Shown one piece after another: positions 20,444 through 28,926 of a stretch of DNA of 64,000 bases (positions are counted from its first letter, which is position 1; each line of letters starts with the position of its first letter). The notes beneath the pieces are model-generated. The model searched no databases. It was not told where the DNA came from and was given only the letters and a program-made list of their open reading frames with translations. The DNA is from an uncultured Poribacteria bacterium (GTDB lineage: Bacteria > Poribacteria > WGA-4E > WGA-3G), in assembly GCA_951828515.1 (NCBI GenBank), contig OX639992.1, forward strand, positions 1,826,008-1,890,007, read 5' to 3'. A program made the position numbers and the translations under genes.

Positions 20444-22294
20444 TTATTGACACGGTGTGCCGCTTGCCCGCAACAGCTGGTTTGCTCGAAATTGGTGGTT
20501 ATCAACTAAAATCGTAGGAGAGGCTCTAATGCCCAATTCCGCGGCACGTTTTATGTTCTCTCGGAAAAGTTGTTCTGCTTCCGGACTGTCAAATAGTGCT
20601 TGAATCTTCGCGACATCAATGCCGTATTTCTCAGCACAGTCCTCCCAACTCTTGTCCAGTTTTTTGCCGCGGCACAAAATATAGTCGAGATACTTATCAG
20701 GATACTCTCTCGCTATCAGTAACTGCCGAATGTTCTCTGCCACTTCGGGGTAGCCGTGTAGACTGGTGAACGGTGTTACCTCTTGGAGAGAAACAGTCTC
20801 TTTCTCTTGGGCGATAAAGCGGAGTTTAAAGTCAATTTTATCGCCAAACTCCTTCACGATCGGAATAATTTTCTCCTCCGCCTGAACACCGAATGGACAG
20901 TAACTCATTACAAAAAGTTCCAAGGTCGGTTTTCCCATTCGGGAAACCCGAGATGTCAATAATTCCTCAAGGTTCATCGGTTGGCGGCTGTGGTCCACAT
21001 CTTTGGTGTGGAGTGCTACCACTTCTGCAAACCCAGGCGAATGTTTTGTGTCGTGGCACGTAAGACAGAGCGATGTCTCAGCGGCGCGTCGGATATTCTC
21101 TTTCTTCGGATTGCCGACGTGTTGTTTGCCGGGACCGTGGCACGTTTCACATTGCACACCCTTAAAGGTCGATGTCTCATCACCAATCTGAAAACCTGTC
21201 TGGTAACCGAAGCCGGTCGTATGACAGGAAACACAATTCGGATTGAAGTATCGCTCTTTTTTCAACAGCGTTTCAAAAGCGAAAGCATGCCGTGTTGCAG
21301 ACCACTGGAGATATTCTTGCTCATGGCACCGCTGACAGGCAGTCGCTGATACATATCCGTTTTGCGGATCTTGTTCCAGTGGTTGTTCGGCAAAAAGGGG
21401 TTTGTGTTCAGACGATTGGGCAACCTCGCGGTAAAAATCGGTGAGCAACTGGCGCACGGATTCATCTTCTGGGACATCCCCGGTCAGTGCAAGTTGTGCG
21501 GCATGGTGTTGGGTTAGTTCACCGTCTGCATTCACCCAGAGTGCCAAAAAACCGAGTGTTTTCCCCTCAGATGTTGAACCTGCCCAAATCGGTGCGTTCA
21601 TCTGTTGAGTGGGTTCCACCTCTTCAGGACTGATGATGACATCGATATTAGGATGTTCCGTTGAGTTGGGTGTCCCTAAGGCAATCATCAGATTTGTATT
21701 TGGAAACTCTCGCTCAGTTGAAACGGGAACAACGGCAATTGAGAGTTCACCAGCAGTTTGAAGAATAGACGGTTGAGCGTAGGCGTGATTCTCATCAAGA
21801 AATGGGAATGATGCCGCAGCACGTCGCTCGATGAGATACGCATCTCCATAATTGAGGTCGTTTTGACTCAGCGCGATAGCGTCGTATCCCATTATGGACA
21901 TCGCTTTTAGATTTACCTGACACCTCTGTGTATCTATATCCTCGGTGCCATCGAAAATATCTCCAGCGTCAACCAAGAGCGTTGGAACGCCTTGTTGGCG
22001 GATTTGTGATATAAGGAAAGCACGCCTTGGCAAGCCACCGGCTTGTTCTTGATAGCATCCACACGGTTCCAGATGGCTTTTCGTGGCACCTGTATAGAGT
22101 ATCACGACAGAAGGTGGATCTTCACCTTCAAAGAGTGCGATAACGCTTTCAAAGGTTTCACCAATCGGTTGCCGTGCCTGTTGCTTGATTTCCTGAATCT
22201 GTTGCTGTCTGCGGGATTCCGCCCAATGTGTATATAGTGGTGGGACCCCGATAACAAGCGTTAGTAGAATTAAAGTGACGATAGCAAGCTTCAT
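20444..22294 (-). CDS. multidomain secreted/membrane-anchored protein: degenerate 5'-nucleotidase/metallophosphatase-like domain + tetraheme cytochrome c + C-terminal CPFG domain
   Basis: N-terminal hydrophobic anchor. VVILYTGATKSHLE...LLVDAGDIFDG...SQNDLN follows the 5'-nucleotidase pattern (ILHTNDHHS...LLDAGDQFQG...GNHEFD) with the His/Asp ligands replaced. Four CxxCH motifs (CQRCH, CVSCH, CETCH, CLTCH). C-terminal ~200 aa has SYCPFG. Its start is 2 nt from the upstream gene stop. Confidence 0.6.
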   Translation of the reverse strand: MKLAIVTLILLTLVIGVPPLYTHWAESRRQQQIQEIKQQARQPIGETFESVIALFEGEDPPSVVILYTGATKSHLEPCGCYQEQAGGLPRRAFLISQIRQQGVPTLLVDAGDIFDGTEDIDTQRCQVNLKAMSIMGYDAIALSQNDLNYGDAYLIERRAAASFPFLDENHAYAQPSILQTAGELSIAVVPVSTEREFPNTNLMIALGTPNSTEHPNIDVIISPEEVEPTQQMNAPIWAGSTSEGKTLGFLALWVNADGELTQHHAAQLALTGDVPEDESVRQLLTDFYREVAQSSEHKPLFAEQPLEQDPQNGYVSATACQRCHEQEYLQWSATRHAFAFETLLKKERYFNPNCVSCHTTGFGYQTGFQIGDETSTFKGVQCETCHGPGKQHVGNPKKENIRRAAETSLCLTCHDTKHSPGFAEVVALHTKDVDHSRQPMNLEELLTSRVSRMGKPTLELFVMSYCPFGVQAEEKIIPIVKEFGDKIDFKLRFIAQEKETVSLQEVTPFTSLHGYPEVAENIRQLLIAREYPDKYLDYILCRGKKLDKSWEDCAEKYGIDVAKIQALFDSPEAEQLFRENIKRAAELGIRASPTILVDNHQFRANQLLRASGTPCQ

Positions 22295-22296
22295 TG

Positions 22297-23445
22297 TTAA
22301 AAAAACCTATTTATAAGGGAGATTATCCCGAGGTGAAAGGGACCTTTACAGAGCACTGTTAACAATCCGCCGAATGTAATAACAGGTGCAAAACGAATCG
22401 CGGGTTGAATCCGAATCTTGTTATCAAAGTGTGCAAACGCGTTTTCTTTAACTAAACTCTGCAATTCACAGATTGTTTCGGCGGAAAGCCCGACTGGATC
22501 AGTTGTTATGAGCTCGGCACCTTGGCGTTCATTTCTATCCATCTGTTTCTCATAATGGGCACGACCATCCTCGCCTTCCTTTTTGACGATGTGTTCACTG
22601 AGGATCATCCCTACTTGGAGGTGTGACACTTCAATTATTCGATCAAATGCCACACTCGCTAACTGAAGCACGAGCTGCTTCGCTACCACAAAAATGAGTA
22701 GGTAGAAGCCTACAGAAAAGGCAATTCCTACCAGCAGCAGCCCGATGGAGGGGGCAGATTTCAGCATCAACCACCCGCTGAAAAATAAGATGACAACAAC
22801 AGCAGTTGGCGTTTTCAGCAAGGGACCCAAAACCTTTTGCATACCGGCAAAAACGAACAGGACTAATACGAGTCGCATCACTTGATCCAACTGCCAACCC
22901 AAACTATTGAAAAGGTAGGTAAGTCCTGCTCCAATAAGGATAAACTGAAGCAAACCATAGAGTTTCTCTAACAGGGAATCCCGATCAACGGAGGATTTGA
23001 TGAGTTGAATGAGCACTGCCCCTGTCCCCCGGACCCTGATTAACTTTACAATGAGGTAGCCTATTGCCACGATTGTGTAGGGAATGATGATATTGAGTGC
23101 CAATACTACCGGTGGAAACATTGATATCTCTTGTATAGGACCAAACCACCATGAAGGTAGTATTAAACAAAGCCCCCAGAATAACTTAGAGTCGCCGGGT
23201 GAAAAGACACCAAACGTATAGAGTCCGATGGCGATCGCACCACTAACCACAAATAGGATTGCAGCGTTCAAAGGAGTCGTAAGCCCCATAAAACAACCCG
23301 TTATTTGACCGAGGGTGCCTGCGTAAATGAGGCACATTGAACAGAGATTTGGTATTTTGTGGGTCTTTATGTCTGCATAACTTGCATAACCACAGAAGGT
23401 AAGAGCTATAGATAGAAGAACAGTCTCATAAATGAATGTGTTCAC
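22297..23445 (-). CDS. A24-family prepilin peptidase-like membrane protein with long C-terminal extension
   Basis: Both catalytic Asp motifs of A24/TadV/CpaA peptidases are present: ADIKTHKIPN (D-x5-IPN) and FSPGDSKLF (GxGD-KL). The ORF is 382 aa against ~170 aa for CpaA, with extra TM helices and a soluble C-terminal region. GTG start with a GGAAG RBS. Confidence 0.6.
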   Translation of the reverse strand: MNTFIYETVLLSIALTFCGYASYADIKTHKIPNLCSMCLIYAGTLGQITGCFMGLTTPLNAAILFVVSGAIAIGLYTFGVFSPGDSKLFWGLCLILPSWWFGPIQEISMFPPVVLALNIIIPYTIVAIGYLIVKLIRVRGTGAVLIQLIKSSVDRDSLLEKLYGLLQFILIGAGLTYLFNSLGWQLDQVMRLVLVLFVFAGMQKVLGPLLKTPTAVVVILFFSGWLMLKSAPSIGLLLVGIAFSVGFYLLIFVVAKQLVLQLASVAFDRIIEVSHLQVGMILSEHIVKKEGEDGRAHYEKQMDRNERQGAELITTDPVGLSAETICELQSLVKENAFAHFDNKIRIQPAIRFAPVITFGGLLTVLCKGPFHLGIISLINRFF

Positions 23446-23595
23446 AAAAACTTCCTATGATAATAGGAGGGTATTAGTAAACAATGATGGGTGCTTGTGT
23501 TTCCTTAATAAAATAAATTGTACCATCATTGATTTCAAAATACCCGCCATGTCTTTTACACCAAAAGATAGAACTTTAATGCTTACCTTTGATCA

Positions 23596-23892
23596 TCAAC
23601 TCGAGCGACACACATTTATCACTTCGCGGATAACCCTTGTGACAAAGTCGTTTTCAACTGGATCCCAAACCCAGTCTGTACCTACAGCGACTACCTTTTC
23701 TACATACTCATTCCCAGGCCCACAATCACCATCGTTATTGCACTCATCTGCATACGCTGATGAATTAAACACGATAGCTTGGACAAGCATGAGCCCTCCT
23801 GTAGCAATACTAAGAGTCAATGGTGTTTTTATACCTACACGGCCTTCCTCAGAATTGAGAAAGTCTTGAATTTTCGACTTGAGATTTTTCAT
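23596..23892 (-). CDS. small protein, paralog 1: conserved N-terminal leader (MKNLKSKIQDFLNSEEGRVGIKTPL), hydrophobic segment, Cys-rich C-terminus
   Basis: 98 aa. The first ~45 aa are ~80% identical to 25235..25522, and the shared C-terminal motif is C-[ND]-N-D-x-x-C-x-P-G-N. The upstream 60 bp is conserved between the two copies. Confidence 0.55.
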   Translation of the reverse strand: MKNLKSKIQDFLNSEEGRVGIKTPLTLSIATGGLMLVQAIVFNSSAYADECNNDGDCGPGNEYVEKVVAVGTDWVWDPVENDFVTRVIREVINVCRSS

Positions 23893-23986
23893 TCAGTTTT
23901 TCTTTTTTCTTTATACCGGCTCTCACACCCGGTCAGATTGACTCAACCTAGACTGTTTTGCAGGTTGATGCCTTCATAAAAGCACA

Positions 23987-24988
23987 CTATGGTTGTTTTA
24001 GATATCCCCACGACGTTGTCAGCAAATGAACTTGTGGGTGTACAGGCAACGCTCGTGGATCAAACCAACTCCCGAGGCTATTCACCCCTTGATGTGTCAG
24101 TTGCTTTGTCGATCGACGTGTGATATCAACTCTGAAGAGGTGTCTCTGCTCGTCAACCTTCTTTTCATAGAGGAGTTCAGTGCCATCAGGGCTCCACAGA
24201 GGGTGTCTCGCATATCCACCCGCTCTGGAGACGATCCGTTTCCTCTGTGTCCCATCGGGTCTCATAATATGAATCGTGGCCATATCGACTCGATCCAGAA
24301 GCCATGGAGCATCGGAAAAGGCGATCCATTCCGCGTCTGGAGACCATGAAGGGTACTTGTGACGTAAATCACCCAGAGACACTTTCCTCCGGTTCTGCCC
24401 TTCTGGCGAGATGAAAATGAGGGGGTAGCCTTCTCTTTCTTGTTGTGCGAAATTCGCTGCTGCAAAAGAGAAAACGATTCTCTCACCTTCTGGGGACCAC
24501 GCAGGTTGCCCGCCAAACTCCCCTGCGATAGCAAGCGGTTTTTCGTTTTTTCCATCAATGTCAGCTATGTAAATTGCCTCATCATGGTATCGGAAGTAAA
24601 CAATCCCTTTGCCATCAGGGCTCCATGCCGGTGCTGATCTGTCCGCTGCACTTCTAAAAACTCGTTTTACATTCTGACCATCCGCATCCATAAGGAACAC
24701 ATCTCGCTGACCGTCTCGATGAGACACAAAGAGAATATGTTCCCCTGTCGGTGAAAAGACGGGGGCATAATCGCGAGACAAGTGTTGTGTCAATTGGGTC
24801 ACTTCACTGCCATCGGGGTTCATGAGATAGATGTCCAGATTCCCTGTTATATCGGAGGCGAAGACAATCTTCGCTGTTTTCGGGGCTTTTGCCCAAGTCA
24901 GATCCAAAACACTGAAAAAAAACGATACGCAGAAAACGTAGAACATCAAAAGGGTAGGTTTCTTCATAAGTTTCTTTTCTGATAGCAA
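23987..24988 (-). CDS. TolB-like periplasmic beta-propeller protein
   Basis: Signal peptide, then repeated PxWSPDG blades (APVFSPTGEH, APAWSPDGKG, QPAWSPEGER, YPSWSPDAEW, HPLWSPDGTE). Start is either a TTG at 24988 with an AGGAG RBS or the ATG at 24967. Confidence 0.7.
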   Translation of the reverse strand: MLSEKKLMKKPTLLMFYVFCVSFFFSVLDLTWAKAPKTAKIVFASDITGNLDIYLMNPDGSEVTQLTQHLSRDYAPVFSPTGEHILFVSHRDGQRDVFLMDADGQNVKRVFRSAADRSAPAWSPDGKGIVYFRYHDEAIYIADIDGKNEKPLAIAGEFGGQPAWSPEGERIVFSFAAANFAQQEREGYPLIFISPEGQNRRKVSLGDLRHKYPSWSPDAEWIAFSDAPWLLDRVDMATIHIMRPDGTQRKRIVSRAGGYARHPLWSPDGTELLYEKKVDEQRHLFRVDITRRSTKQLTHQGVNSLGSWFDPRALPVHPQVHLLTTSWGYLKQP

Positions 24989-25234
24989 ACTATCACACTC
25001 CTAAAAATGGCATCGTCAGTGAGAGCCCGTGAAGTGAACACAGGGACCTTGCAGAGATACCACTGAGATCGTTTTTCCGTAAAAAAGACAAATAAAGTTA
25101 TCTTGACACAATACAACTTTATTTTTCAATCACCTGTAGGAACTTGGATAAAGTGGCTTGGCGAGATTTTTACAGCGGGCTTTCGCGCCACTTTTTGCCT
25201 CTCGCCAAGTCCGGGATGTTAGTTTCTAACATCG

Positions 25235-25522
25235 TTATTGGCAAAATGTATGTACTTCAACGATGTCTTCCACAACATGTCCTCGCATCGGACAAAAGAT
25301 CTCTTGAGTCCCAACAACAATTGTGACCGTTTGGCAGGTCTGGTTTCCAGGACATTGGGAGTCATTATCGCAAACTCTCCCAGCATCCGCATCGGGGGCG
25401 GTCATCGCTTGTGCAAGCAGAAGTCCACCTGTGGCGACACCGAGGGCTAGGGGTGTTTTCACGCCAACACGCCCTTCTTCGGAAGTCAGAAAGTCACTAA
25501 TACGCGACTTAAGATTTTTCAT
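25235..25522 (-). CDS. small protein, paralog 2: conserved N-terminal leader (MKNLKSRISDFLTSEEGRVGVKTPL), hydrophobic segment, Cys-rich C-terminus
   Basis: 95 aa, with an AAGGAG RBS and 5 Cys in the C-terminal half. Paralogous to 23596..23892. Confidence 0.55.
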   Translation of the reverse strand: MKNLKSRISDFLTSEEGRVGVKTPLALGVATGGLLLAQAMTAPDADAGRVCDNDSQCPGNQTCQTVTIVVGTQEIFCPMRGHVVEDIVEVHTFCQ

Positions 25523-25572
25523 TTGGTTTCTCCTTTCTTTTTACCGGGGATCTCAGACCCGGCAGGATTGAC

Positions 25573-27207
25573 TTAACCGGAACGGTTAAGCCCATTTCCA
25601 GCAAGAGGTACCTCGCGCTGGAAGTGCTTGAAAACAGATTCAACTTCGGCAGGGGTATGGTGTTTGGACAATACTTCTGCTAAAGCGTTTTCAAGGCGTT
25701 CAAATCGGTTTGTCTCCTGCCGATAGACACTCGGATAAGCCATTCCGGTTCTCGGGTCATAGTATCGGCAGAACAGGGGCTGACACAGGGATAGAGGTGT
25801 TGATGATTGGCAGCGTGTATTGGCACGCGCTGAACCTTGCTTAAACAGCCTCACAATCTCCTGAGCGGTGCGTTCCCACGTATATTTTGCTACGAATCCT
25901 TTTGCTACCTCCCTATACTTTTCGCATCTTTCCGTGTCACTTAGTAATTGGTTTATAGTTTCAGATAGATGCTGCATTGGAACCTCCAAATCGTTTCCTT
26001 TTCCAGCAGGACACTGGACAAGTACTCCCGCACCCTCAATTTCCGGCGGTAGTCCATATTTTGAAATCACAACTGCAGGGGTCCCGTATGCCATTGCTTC
26101 CAAAACCAATGAGGGGGAAGTCCCTGGTACAGCAGGGAAACAAACGACATCCAATGCTTGGAAGAATATGGGCAATACTGATCGCGTGCTTTCGTCACTT
26201 GCGTTGAAGATCACCAAGTTGCTCAGCGGATTCCGATATGCGTCAGCCAAAATTGAGTCGTAGACAAAGAAAACAAGGTGTGGGTTTGCAGTCGCGATAT
26301 CCAAGATATTCCGCATTCCAGCGTTTGGTTCAAATCCCGAAATAATACCCACCACGGGCCTCTGTGCAAACAATGGATTATCTGTAAGCACGGCAGCGTG
26401 TTGCTTGGCTAATTCTTTCCCGATAGGTTCAACGACATTGATGCCCTCTGAAATTGTGTGCACCCCTGCAGAGTCCACCCCGAATTCTGAGAGCCAGTCG
26501 GTAAGCCATGTAGCTTTGGACAGAATTAAATCTGTGGATTTCTGTGCCGTGTACGAATTCAAAGCAGATTCAAGGATTAAGGCTTGCATTCGTCTGTCAC
26601 TCTCTAAACAGCGAAGGACCGGCAGATTTTTAGAATAGTATAGGATATCGTGACTTGGAAATTGTCCAAGCAGTAAGATACCATCGTAGCCATCCATTGC
26701 ATACCAAGGGAACCAGAAATTTGAATGCTTCTCAATTATATCGCGATTTGATACGAACCCTCCAAAATCATGTCCCGGCTCCCCATTGATGTTGAAAGTT
26801 TCTAATTCCGCCAGTTTTGAGAGTGCTACCAATAGATGGAACCGGTTCTCGTTTGTTACAGGGTCCTGAACACTTTTTTCTGGAACAAACTGAAAGGGAA
26901 CAAGTAATTTGAGTCTCCTATCTGATTGAGAAGGTATGTAAGTGCTCCAAGTAGGACTTGACAACTGTCCCCGTTGACTGAGCCGTTGCAACCGTTCAAT
27001 GCCTTCAAAAATCTGCTCTATTTTGAATTTCGATCTTAACCTCTCAACAGTTGCATAAAGTGTTTCAGTGAGATTTTGATCAAGGAGTTCCCATTCCACA
27101 TCGTTAATTTCAACAATAGTATCAGATTCTAAGTCAGCGGCGTATTTTCGCCCCGACTGCTCAAATTTGCGGTGTTGATGCACTCGATATCTTGTTTCTA
27201 CCTTCAT
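25573..27207 (-). CDS. GT4-family (GT-B) glycosyltransferase with N-terminal PqqD/RRE-like domain
   Basis: C-terminal PAVPGTSPSLVLEAMAYGTPAVV is the GT4 E-x7-E region. The N-terminal ~90 aa (YAADLESDTIVEINDVEWELLD...IFEGIERLQRLSQRGQL) follows the PqqD pattern v.eLN..a..iw.l.dG..t..ei...l...y...eI..Dv..fl..L...GlL. Confidence 0.7.
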   Translation of the reverse strand: MKVETRYRVHQHRKFEQSGRKYAADLESDTIVEINDVEWELLDQNLTETLYATVERLRSKFKIEQIFEGIERLQRLSQRGQLSSPTWSTYIPSQSDRRLKLLVPFQFVPEKSVQDPVTNENRFHLLVALSKLAELETFNINGEPGHDFGGFVSNRDIIEKHSNFWFPWYAMDGYDGILLLGQFPSHDILYYSKNLPVLRCLESDRRMQALILESALNSYTAQKSTDLILSKATWLTDWLSEFGVDSAGVHTISEGINVVEPIGKELAKQHAAVLTDNPLFAQRPVVGIISGFEPNAGMRNILDIATANPHLVFFVYDSILADAYRNPLSNLVIFNASDESTRSVLPIFFQALDVVCFPAVPGTSPSLVLEAMAYGTPAVVISKYGLPPEIEGAGVLVQCPAGKGNDLEVPMQHLSETINQLLSDTERCEKYREVAKGFVAKYTWERTAQEIVRLFKQGSARANTRCQSSTPLSLCQPLFCRYYDPRTGMAYPSVYRQETNRFERLENALAEVLSKHHTPAEVESVFKHFQREVPLAGNGLNRSG

Positions 27208-27216
27208 TTTACAACC

Positions 27217-28926
27217 TCACGCTGTCGCTTGAATAAAGCCGTAGCATCTCGCAAGTATCGCCTTCGCGGTATCCTCATCTTCAATGAGTTCACTAAGTAT
27301 TGTTTCCACTTCCCTGACGGTATGTTCTTTGAGAAGGCTAATAACCAATCCGTCCTCAACTTTCTGGTTAAAAATTCCGTAGGGATTTACAAGCATTTCA
27401 TATCGCGAATTCATATTGAGTACTATGGACTTCTGTTCTAACCGTTTCTGATGGGTGTTCCAATAAGATGAAAAAAAAGTGTTGAGTCGATTTTCACAGA
27501 ACAATTTCTTTTTCCAATTGAGTTCCGAGAACAAGTCAAGGATACGTTGCGCTGTTTTCTTCCAAGTGAACGTTTGTGCGCGATTCAGTGCCTTTTGAGC
27601 GTAGGCTGCTCGTAGGGAATTGTCGTTTAGCAACAGATTTACCCCTTCCGAGAAGTCAAGTGGAGAAGCATAACTGGCAATGCTCGTGATGTCCTGTTCA
27701 AAGGGAACGGTAGGAACGATCAAACCCGCATCTCCCACGACAGAAGGAACACCATCAAAATCGGAGATGACCGGTGGTACACCGCACGCCATTGCTTCAA
27801 GCACTGTTAATCCGAATGTCTCCTCGCCAGACACGGAAGGGAAACAATATACATCAAAGGCGTTGTAAATCAGCGGTAATTTTTCACGATCATAGAATCC
27901 GATATAGATAAGGTTCTCGGGAATTTTTCGCTGTGCGTATCTACCCTCATTCTGACCCGCCTGCAAAAAGAGAAGATGTGGGTTGAGTTCTGCCAACTTC
28001 AGGTAGATAGATGCCCCCTTTTCAGGTTGGAAACGAGAGAGGTAACCCACGGTGGGCATTGTTTTAATTCGTTCATCTCCTACGCGTTTCGCGAGTTCAT
28101 TCTTTGCCTGTTGTTTATCCATTGGACGGAATAAGTTTAAATCTACACCATTTGCGACAGTATTGAAAACACCTTTATCCCAGACGAACTGGGAATAAAA
28201 TTCGCCAACAGAATCTGTAGGTGCCGTGAAGGCATCATAATCCCGTAGAGCAGTATAGTGTAACAATACAGAACGCACGTTTGTACCACCATGTCCACCC
28301 ACCGAATGCACTTGCATTAGAATCGGAGGGAGTTCGGGACATCGGAATAGTGGGATGAATCCTTCTTGGCTACGGTCAGAGTGGATTGTAAGGATACCTT
28401 CATATTGCGAAGCAATCTTTTCGGGTATACGCACCATGTCGAGCAGACTCAAATCCACTTCGTAGAAATTCTCGCCAAGTTTTCTGTTTTGTGTGCCAGC
28501 AAAGTGAAGTACTGCCTGGTCTTTCAGAGCCTGAATAGTATAAGCGAGAGCAACATGGGTCCCAGCACTGGTATTTTCTATGTCTGAAACAGCATCGGGA
28601 GCCAACCCCTGGACCACCAATAAAAAATGTGGACAATCTCCTTTTTTGAAAAATAATACGTCGGATTTCTCACCACGATTAAGGAGTAAACCCCGTCCCA
28701 CATATTCGATCAATGTCTCAAATGCTTCTTCAATATCACCATCACTGTAAGCGGTTTTTAATGTCTCTATAATTTCCTCTGTCGTCCGTGTCTCCGCGAG
28801 TTTCAGAACATCAGCAATCGCAGCAGAGATTTCGACGAGACTTGCTTTATCCAAGTCTGCGGCGTAAAGTCCACCATCTTTTTCAAAAATATGGAGTTGA
28901 TGAAGAGGTTTCGGAAAATCAAGCAT
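27217..28926 (-). CDS. GT4-family (GT-B) glycosyltransferase with N-terminal PqqD/RRE-like domain (paralog)
   Basis: PSVSGEETFGLTVLEAMACGVPPVISD is the GT4 motif. N-terminal LYAADLDKASLVEISAAIADVLKLAE.RTTEEIIETLKTAYSDGDIEEAFETLIEYVGRGLL is PqqD-like. Start uncertain (ATG at 28926 or TTG at 28950). Only 10 bp separate it from the downstream paralog. Confidence 0.7.
   Translation of the reverse strand: MLDFPKPLHQLHIFEKDGGLYAADLDKASLVEISAAIADVLKLAETRTTEEIIETLKTAYSDGDIEEAFETLIEYVGRGLLLNRGEKSDVLFFKKGDCPHFLLVVQGLAPDAVSDIENTSAGTHVALAYTIQALKDQAVLHFAGTQNRKLGENFYEVDLSLLDMVRIPEKIASQYEGILTIHSDRSQEGFIPLFRCPELPPILMQVHSVGGHGGTNVRSVLLHYTALRDYDAFTAPTDSVGEFYSQFVWDKGVFNTVANGVDLNLFRPMDKQQAKNELAKRVGDERIKTMPTVGYLSRFQPEKGASIYLKLAELNPHLLFLQAGQNEGRYAQRKIPENLIYIGFYDREKLPLIYNAFDVYCFPSVSGEETFGLTVLEAMACGVPPVISDFDGVPSVVGDAGLIVPTVPFEQDITSIASYASPLDFSEGVNLLLNDNSLRAAYAQKALNRAQTFTWKKTAQRILDLFSELNWKKKLFCENRLNTFFSSYWNTHQKRLEQKSIVLNMNSRYEMLVNPYGIFNQKVEDGLVISLLKEHTVREVETILSELIEDEDTAKAILARCYGFIQATA

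Noticed and set aside
20173-20505. 110-aa ORF spanning the REP copy between the cytochrome fusion and the nucleotidyltransferase
   Set aside because: It runs across an intergenic repeat and the ends of two genes, with no coding support.
26325-26345. tRNA T-arm-like GGTTCAAATCC
   Set aside because: It lies inside the GT4 coding sequence. No acceptor stem, D-arm or anticodon arm can be built around it.
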